Below are positions 57,963-64,000 of a DNA stretch of 64,000 bases, piece by piece (the stretch's first letter is position 1; every line of letters begins with the position of its first letter). Below the pieces are notes generated by a model. The model saw nothing but the letters and a program-made list of their open reading frames with translations, searched no databases and was not told where the DNA came from. This DNA comes from Myxococcota bacterium (GTDB lineage Bacteria; Myxococcota_A; Polyangia; Polyangiales; Sandaracinaceae): the NCBI GenBank assembly GCA_036149055.1, contig JAYZQJ010000078.1, positions 23,519 to 87,518 of the forward strand. The letters are read 5' to 3'. The translations under genes and the position numbers were made by a program.

Positions 57963-59580
57963 AGCGGAGGCGGACCTTGCGGGCGGCGCCGGGGTCGTCG
58001 CCCTCGAGCAGCCGCGCCGCCATGCGCTCGAAGTCGCCGCCCGTCTCGCGGAAGAGCCGCACGAAGAGCTGACGCTCGAGATCCCGCGCGACGTCGCGGA
58101 GCTGGGCGCGCGGGCGGAAGCTGAAGCCGCCGGCTCGCTCGGGCTCGTCGTCGGTCGACGCACGCCACCCCGCGCCGAGCAGCTCCCGCACCAGCTTGGC
58201 GGGGATCGGGATGGTGTCGGGCGCGCCGGTCCGTCGCCCGCTCTGCGCCGCCTCGAGCGCGTCGGCGAGCGCGAAGACGATGGCGTTCGCCAGCAGCAGC
58301 TCCAGCTCCCGCACGTTGCCCGGCCAGTCGTGCGCGCGCAGCTCCCCGGCGCTGTGGCGCGAGAGGACGAAGCGCACCCCGCCGCCCGAGGGCGCCTCGC
58401 CGAACGACAGGCGCGCCTGCGGCGGCCCGTCGAGGTCGACCGCCTCCATGTAGTCGGCGAGCAGCGCCCGGTCGGGCCCGGCGGCGAGCTTCTTGCGCAC
58501 GAACGCCTCGGCGAGCTCCGGCAGGTCCCGGGCGCGCTCGCGGAGCGGCGGGAGGCGCACGCGGGCCGCCGGGTTGAGGCGGGCGTAGAGGTCGGCGCGG
58601 AAGCTCCCCTCGCGCACCTTGGCCTCGAGGTCGGCGTTGGTCGCCGCGATCACCTTCACGTCGACCGGCCGCGGCGCGCTCTCGCCGAGCCGGGTGATCC
58701 GCGCGTCCTGCAGCGCGAGCAGCAGCATGCGCTGCGCCTCGGGCGGGAGGTTTCCGATCTCGTCGAGGAAGAGCGTGCCGCCGTCCGCCTCCTCGAACCG
58801 CCCTCGCCGATCGACCGCGCCGCTGAACGCGCCCTTCGCGGTGCCGAAGAGCTCGGAGGCCATGAGCGTCTCCGGGAGCGCCGAGAGGTCGACGGCCACG
58901 AAGGGCCCCTCGCGCCGGGTCGCCGGGTGCACGACCCGCTCGGCGAGCGCGCTCTTGCCGGTGCCGGTCTCACCGAGCAGGAGCATCGGGAGCGAGGTCC
59001 GGGCCAGCACCGAGACGTCGCGCCGGACCCGGGCCATCTCCGGCGAGCTGCCCCACGCGTAGCCTCCCGCCTCCGGGGCCTCGCGCCGGCGGGCCAGCAC
59101 CCGCTCCACGAGCAGCCCGAGCGCGCGGGCGTCGAACGCGTCGGCGCCGGCGAGGGTGGCGAACTCGTCGACGTCGAGCGCCTCGGCCGCGTCCTCGTAG
59201 GCGAGCTCCTCGCGGCTCGTCATCAGGATCACCGGCAGCTCGCCGCGCGCCCGCCGGAGGTGCGCGAGGATCTCGATCCCCTGCAGCCGCTTGCGCGCCT
59301 TCTCGGGCACCCGCCTCGCGGGCAGCAGCCGCTCCTCCGGCACGTCGAAGGCGACGTCGAGCAGCACCACGTCGACGTCGGGGTTCTGCGCGAGCGCCTC
59401 GTCGGTCTCGGCCGCGTCGTGGGCGTGGGTCAGCGTGCAGCCCGGCCGCTGGGGACACTCCCAGCAGGGGCCCGGGAGATCGCAGCGGGTCGCGTAGTCG
59501 TAGTCGCGCAGGAGCGCGTGGGCGAGCTCCACGTAGCGCTCGCCGTCGTCCACCACGAGCAGCTTCGGCCGATCGCTCAC
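57922..59580 (-). CDS. Sigma54-dependent enhancer-binding protein (NtrC-like REC-AAA+) with Cys-rich insertion in the receiver
   Basis: GTG 59580. REC LLVVDD, VLLD, ILMTS; Walker A GETGTGKS; ELFG..KGAFSGA; Walker B FLDEIG; FRADLY; WPGNVREL. Confidence 0.9.
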   Translation of the reverse strand: MSDRPKLLVVDDGERYVELAHALLRDYDYATRCDLPGPCWECPQRPGCTLTHAHDAAETDEALAQNPDVDVVLLDVAFDVPEERLLPARRVPEKARKRLQGIEILAHLRRARGELPVILMTSREELAYEDAAEALDVDEFATLAGADAFDARALGLLVERVLARRREAPEAGGYAWGSSPEMARVRRDVSVLARTSLPMLLLGETGTGKSALAERVVHPATRREGPFVAVDLSALPETLMASELFGTAKGAFSGAVDRRGRFEEADGGTLFLDEIGNLPPEAQRMLLLALQDARITRLGESAPRPVDVKVIAATNADLEAKVREGSFRADLYARLNPAARVRLPPLRERARDLPELAEAFVRKKLAAGPDRALLADYMEAVDLDGPPQARLSFGEAPSGGGVRFVLSRHSAGELRAHDWPGNVRELELLLANAIVFALADALEAAQSGRRTGAPDTIPIPAKLVRELLGAGWRASTDDEPERAGGFSFRPRAQLRDVARDLERQLFVRLFRETGGDFERMAARLLEGDDPGAARKVRLRFNQLGLRVKDLES

Positions 59581-59918
59581 GCGCCCTCCCCCGCGAGCCC
59601 GCGCAGCAGCCGCTCCACCTCGAGCGCGCGGCGGCAGGCCTCGACGCACGCCGCCGGATCGGCCTCGCGCACGGCCCCCTCGAGGGCGTCGATCGCCGCG
59701 AGGTGCGCCCGGGCCTCGTCGAGCGCGTCGCTCGCGGGCAGCGCGGCGGCGAGCGCCTCGAAGCGCGCGCTCGGGCGCCCTCCCCCCGGCGCCTCGTAGA
59801 GATCCTTGGCGAGCAGCGGGGCGAGCGCCGACGGGAACGGGCCGCCCGCCGGGACGTTCCGGGCGATCCGCGCGATGTACTTGCCCACGTCGTGCGCGAG
59901 CGCGGCTCTGGCGCTCAA
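59577..59918 (-). CDS. Small alpha-helical protein with an H-box-like N-terminus (possible stand-alone phosphotransfer protein)
   Basis: TTG 59918, with 4-bp overlaps to both neighbours; ALAHDVGKYIARIARN; predicted all-helical by eye. Confidence 0.65.
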   Translation of the reverse strand: MSARAALAHDVGKYIARIARNVPAGGPFPSALAPLLAKDLYEAPGGGRPSARFEALAAALPASDALDEARAHLAAIDALEGAVREADPAACVEACRRALEVERLLRGLAGEGA

Positions 59919-60364
59919 ACCGGCTCCTCCGCCAGCCCCTCGAGGGTGCGCACGATCGCGGCGGCGTCGAAGGCGCGCACCGCGCCGACCCGGCCGTAGA
60001 GCTTGCGCAGGTTCGACAGGCGGCGCGGCGGGAAGTCGTGCACGAAGACGGCCGGCTGGTGATGGCCGGCCTCCCGCAGCGCGCCGAGGATCAACGTGCC
60101 CTGCTGCTCCTTGAGCCAGCGGGCCGCGCGCGCCTCGTCGCCGGCGAAGAGCTTGTCCGCCATGCCCTTCACGTCCCCGATCAGGTCCTCCTTGGGCGCG
60201 CGCTCGAACCGCAGATCGATGAGCATCGCCTCGGCGCCGTCCCGCATCAGGGCGAGCGCCTCGTCCGCCGAGTGGGCGGCGACGATCTCCCAGCGCTCGG
60301 CGAGGAAGAGCCGCGCGAACTCCTCGTACTCCCCACCGTCCTCGACCACCAAGAGCCGGCTCAT
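59915..60364 (-). CDS. Atypical single-domain receiver protein
   Basis: ATG 60364. LLVVED, AHSADEAL, MLIDLRF (acceptor Asp), then an insertion; the conserved Thr/Lys positions are not evident. Confidence 0.75.
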   Translation of the reverse strand: MSRLLVVEDGGEYEEFARLFLAERWEIVAAHSADEALALMRDGAEAMLIDLRFERAPKEDLIGDVKGMADKLFAGDEARAARWLKEQQGTLILGALREAGHHQPAVFVHDFPPRRLSNLRKLYGRVGAVRAFDAAAIVRTLEGLAEEPV

Positions 60365-60387
60365 GGGGCGGATGATACCCCGAACGA

Positions 60388-61938
60388 TCAAGCCGCGAGC
60401 TCGTCCTCGGCGTAGGCGCGGAAGAAGCGGAGGGTGACGGACTTGGCGAAGCCCTGGCCGCCGTCCTCCACCAGGATCGCGCCGTCGTAGCGGGCGAGCG
60501 CCGCGGTCACCAGGCCCAGGCCGCGATCCATCTTGCGGGCGTAGAGATCCGTCGTGCTGAAGCGCTGCACGCTGGTGTCGCGGACGTGGACCCGCACCAC
60601 CTCCTCGCCGGTGATCTCCACCGCGGTCTCGACGTCGAGCCCGATCCGGCGAGGCGCCTCGTCCTGCCCCACCGCGAGGATCGCGTTGCGCACGACGTTC
60701 TTGAGGATGAGCACGAGGTCGACCCGGAAGACCTCGACCATCGGCGCGGGCGAGGGGCCGCGGATCACCACCTCGTCGAGGGTCACCTGCCCGGCCGCGT
60801 ACTCGCCGCGCACCTCGTCGACGACCTCGCGGAAGAGCGCGCCGTCGACCGGGGTGCGGACCAGGCGCGCGACGAGTCCCGAGAGGTGGCGGTCGAGGGC
60901 GCGGAGCTCGGCGTGCGCGGCCGCGAGCTTGGCCCCGGCGCGAGCGTCCCCGCGGCTGACGCCCTGCTCGAGGGCGGAGATGGTGTGGATCGCGCGGTCG
61001 GCGCGTCGAAAGGCGGGATCGCGGCGCGCGAGATCCAGCTCGGGGCCGAGGGCGCGCTCGAACGCCGCGAGGTGACCGCCCCAGGCCTCCGTCAGCGGCT
61101 CGCCGCCGTAGAGCCGGTTCTGCAGGAAGGCGCGCTGCCCCTCGGTGGCCCCGCCCCGCCGCAGCGCGTCGACCGCGTCGCCCACCGCCCCGATGCGGTG
61201 CTTGAGCAGCTCGTGGCGCAGGCTGCCCACGAGGTAGGTGATGGCGGGGTGCAGCTCGGGGCGGCGATCGGCGAGCACGTCGAGCGGCACGAGGGAGACC
61301 CGCACCCGCCAGAGGAGGCGCGCCACCGCGGCGATCGCGAGCACGAGCGCGGCGAGCGCCACCCAGAGGGGCCAGGTCGGTGTCTCCGCGCGGGGCACCG
61401 CGGCCTCCGCCTGCGCCTCCGCCGCCGGCAGCTCGAAGCGAGCGGTGCCCTCCGGGTCGAGCTCGAACAGCTCCGACAGCGCGGTCTCCGCGTCCGGGTG
61501 GCGCGGGTTCAGCAGGACGAACTTGCGGTAGTACTCGATGGCCCGGAACTTCAGCTGCTCGTTGTCGGGCTCCTCGCGATACCGGCTCCGGAAGGCCCGG
61601 GCGAGCGGCAGGTAGAGCGCCGGATCCATCGGGGCGATGCGCGCCGCGCGCTCGAACTGCTCCCACACGTCGGGCTCGCCGCCGCGGACGCTCTCGATGA
61701 ACGCCCGGTAGCGCGGCTGGGCCTCCCCGAGGAGCTGCCTCGCCTCTCGCCCCTCCGGCGACTCTGGCTCGATCGCGCGCCAGTCGGCCCACGCGTCGGG
61801 CTCTCGCTCGATGTGCCAGCGGGCGCGCGCCCGGGCCCAGCGCTCGGCGGCCGAGGCCTGCCCCTCCTCCGGCGGGCCCCCATGACAGCCGGTCAGGACC
61901 AGCAGGGCCAGCGCCCCCGTCCAGCTCAGAGCCTTCAC
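60388..61938 (-). CDS. Atypical sensor histidine kinase with lipoprotein-like N-terminus, TPR-like periplasmic domain and one internal TM
   Basis: GTG 61938 after GGAGA; LVLTGC; TPR-like (RAIEYYRKFVLLNP); TM WPLWVALAALVLAIAAVA; H-box SLRHELLK; N-box LKNVVRNA; degenerate G1 VRDTS; G2 RGLGL. Confidence 0.78.
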   Translation of the reverse strand: MKALSWTGALALLVLTGCHGGPPEEGQASAAERWARARARWHIEREPDAWADWRAIEPESPEGREARQLLGEAQPRYRAFIESVRGGEPDVWEQFERAARIAPMDPALYLPLARAFRSRYREEPDNEQLKFRAIEYYRKFVLLNPRHPDAETALSELFELDPEGTARFELPAAEAQAEAAVPRAETPTWPLWVALAALVLAIAAVARLLWRVRVSLVPLDVLADRRPELHPAITYLVGSLRHELLKHRIGAVGDAVDALRRGGATEGQRAFLQNRLYGGEPLTEAWGGHLAAFERALGPELDLARRDPAFRRADRAIHTISALEQGVSRGDARAGAKLAAAHAELRALDRHLSGLVARLVRTPVDGALFREVVDEVRGEYAAGQVTLDEVVIRGPSPAPMVEVFRVDLVLILKNVVRNAILAVGQDEAPRRIGLDVETAVEITGEEVVRVHVRDTSVQRFSTTDLYARKMDRGLGLVTAALARYDGAILVEDGGQGFAKSVTLRFFRAYAEDELAA

Positions 61939-62104
61939 GTTCTCTCCGACCCGCCGTTCGTCATTCGCTTGGGGGGCGAGGGTAGCAACCGACGCGATTG
62001 ACGGGGCGAGCACGGCGCGATTAGCCTGCTCCTCTCGTCGCACCCGAGAGCGTCGTACGGCGAGCGGCCGCAGCCACATGGGCGAGGGCCGAAAGGGGGG
62101 CTAG

Positions 62105-62533
62105 ATGCTCGATGTGAATGGATCCCGGATGCCGCTGGACGGAGCTTCGAACGACGCGCCGGAGTCGGAGGCGCGCACGATGCGTGTGCTGGTGATCGAC
62201 GACGAGCCGCTCATCGGGACGACCCTTCGCATCCTCCTCGACGACCACGACGTCGAGGTGGTGACCTCGGGCCGCGCGGCCCAGGAGGTGCTCGCCGAGG
62301 GATCCTTCGACGTGATCCTCTGCGACCTGATGCTCGACGATCTATCGGGCATGGATCTGTCGGCCTGGCTCGACGAGGCGCGCCCGGACCTCACGGAGCA
62401 CGTCATCTACATGACGGGCGGCGCCTTCACCGAAGACGCGCGGCGGTTCCTCCGCGAGGTGCCCAAGCAGCGGCAGCTCGAGAAGCCGTTCAGCGCGTCG
62501 GAGATCCAGGCGGTCCTCTCGCAGTTCGCCTGA
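62105..62533 (+). CDS. Single-domain response regulator (CheY-like)
   Basis: VLVIDDE, ILCDLML..SGMD, YMTGG, LEKPF; start may be ATG 62180. Confidence 0.9.
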   Translation: MLDVNGSRMPLDGASNDAPESEARTMRVLVIDDEPLIGTTLRILLDDHDVEVVTSGRAAQEVLAEGSFDVILCDLMLDDLSGMDLSAWLDEARPDLTEHVIYMTGGAFTEDARRFLREVPKQRQLEKPFSASEIQAVLSQFA

Positions 62534-62579
62534 CCGATCCCGCTTGGAAGCACGCGAGGATTGAGAGATCCTCGCGCGC

Positions 62580-63629
62580 ATGCGTCATTGGATCGCGATC
62601 ACGGCCTGTCTCTGCGTCGCCGGCTGCGGCGGCCTGCGCCTGAACATCATCGACAGCGCCTACCAGCGCCCGAGCAACGTGGCGGTGTACTTCACCGTGG
62701 ACACGGCCACCGGCGACCCGGTGACCGGGCTCGAGGCCGACGACTTCCGTATCTACGAGGACGGGACGATCGTGAGCGTGGCCGAGAGCCAGCAGACGAT
62801 CGTCAACCCGGAGGTCGCGGCCGAGCACTACACGCTCGTGCTGGTGGACATGAGCGGCAGCGTCTCGGAGAGCGATCAGGTGCCGCTGATCGAGGCGGCC
62901 ACCCAGCAGCTGACCAGCCAGCTCGCCGATCACCAGCGGGTGGCGATCTACGCGTTCGACGGCTCGGAGGACATTCACCGCATCACGCCCTTCACCCAGA
63001 GCGAGGGCGCGGCGAGCGCGGGCGCGGGCCGGCTCTCGGGCTTCCGGCCGCGGGACCCGTCCACCAACCTGCACGGCGCGGTGGTCGCGGCGATCACCGA
63101 GCTCGACTCGGCCCTCGAGCGCTCGCGCACGCCGCTGCGCTTCGGCACGGTGGTGGTCTTCACCGACGGCACCGACCGCGCCTCGCGCGTCAGCGCCGAC
63201 GAGATGTCGGACGCGATCGAGAACAGCCCGTACGACTTCTTCGCGATCGGCGTCGGCGACGAGATCGACGAGGGGGTGCTCGGCAACGTGGGGCGCGAGG
63301 GATACGTGATGGTGGACGACACCGAGGCGATCGACGCCGCTTTCCAGCGCATCGGCGAGCGCATCCTGCGCATGACCCAGCGCTACTACCTGCTCAGCTA
63401 CTGCAGCCCGGCCCGCGCCGGCATGCACACGGTGACGGTGGAGGCGCTCGCCGACGGAGCCAGCGGATCGGTGAGCTACGAGTTCGACGCCGAGGGCTTC
63501 GGCCCGAACTGCAACTCCGAGCGGCCCCCGCCCTTCGACACCAGCCAGGGTGGCGCCACCCCGCGCGCCCGACAGCGCCGCGACCGTGGACAGCGCTTCG
63601 AGATCCGAGCCGAGGCCGTGGTCGAGTAG
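62580..63629 (+). CDS. VWA-domain lipoprotein
   Basis: Lipobox VAGC; GL..DDFRIYEDG; MIDAS DMSGS, STNLHGA, VVFTDG. Confidence 0.88.
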   Translation: MRHWIAITACLCVAGCGGLRLNIIDSAYQRPSNVAVYFTVDTATGDPVTGLEADDFRIYEDGTIVSVAESQQTIVNPEVAAEHYTLVLVDMSGSVSESDQVPLIEAATQQLTSQLADHQRVAIYAFDGSEDIHRITPFTQSEGAASAGAGRLSGFRPRDPSTNLHGAVVAAITELDSALERSRTPLRFGTVVVFTDGTDRASRVSADEMSDAIENSPYDFFAIGVGDEIDEGVLGNVGREGYVMVDDTEAIDAAFQRIGERILRMTQRYYLLSYCSPARAGMHTVTVEALADGASGSVSYEFDAEGFGPNCNSERPPPFDTSQGGATPRARQRRDRGQRFEIRAEAVVE

Positions 63630-63779
63630 GGAGTCCGAGGAGGCTGCCCCTTCGTTCATCTGGCGGTGAGGGAGGGGGGAGAGTGGAGGCGGGAGGAAGG
63701 GTCGCTGCGCGACCCGGTGGGTGCGGCGGCGGGATGGTGAGACGCCGCCGGTGACCTGCTCGCCCTCGCGGAGCCGCGC

Positions 63780-63910
63780 GGCAGCGAGGGCGGCAGCGGG
63801 GCCGGCAGCGGCGGCGGGGCCGGCGGCGGCAGCGGGGCCGGCAGCGGCAGCGGGGAGCGGCAGCGAGGCCGGCAGCGGGGAGCGGCAGCGGGGAGCGGCA
63901 GCGGGGGCCG
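63780..63910. repeat. Degenerate short tandem repeats of GGCAGCGG(G)
   Basis: Many imperfect GGCAGCGG/GGCAGCGA units with variable linkers. Confidence 0.7.
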
Positions 63911-63924
63911 GACTCGGTCGAGGA

Positions 63925-64000
<76 letters not shown>

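Overview
A 64-kb, very GC-rich bacterial chromosome segment. It is almost certainly from a myxobacterium (Myxococcota, probably Polyangiales/Sandaracinaceae-like), inferred from a MYXO-CTERM-type tail, a PilZ-REC protein, a TonB_C-fused receptor and many lipoproteins. About 50 real CDSs are present; most long extra ORFs in the track are antisense or off-frame GC shadows. Left end (1-9.2 kb): the tail of a capsule locus (kpsC, kpsS, two convergent Capsule_synth/GT4 fusions with reversed domain order, a beta-helix lipoprotein) that looks less GC-rich than the rest. Next come pstSCA without pstB/phoU, a TonB-dependent receptor plus lipoprotein, NYN and THUMP methyltransferase genes, and a coupled pair of a kinase-like lipoprotein and an Omp85-like barrel. 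The middle holds a methionine-salvage/polyamine neighbourhood (mtnD, mtnB, an aminotransferase, speD, speE), two GH13 lipoproteins, an MscS channel, DNA polymerase II, a triple-DsbA lipoprotein and a 0.9-kb mirror-image repeat array. The right end has MATE, DPP-IV and PP2C genes, a lysozyme-like MYXO-CTERM protein behind a sigma54-type promoter, and a four-gene atypical phosphorelay whose enhancer-binding protein has an EndoIII-like Cys4 loop inside its receiver. Top novelty candidates are the kinase-lipoprotein/Omp85 pair (18645-21952), the atypical phosphorelay (57922-61938) and the inverted repeat array (46586-47475). No rRNA, tRNA, CRISPR array, integrase or transposase was recognised. All family calls come from reading motifs by eye, not from database searches.
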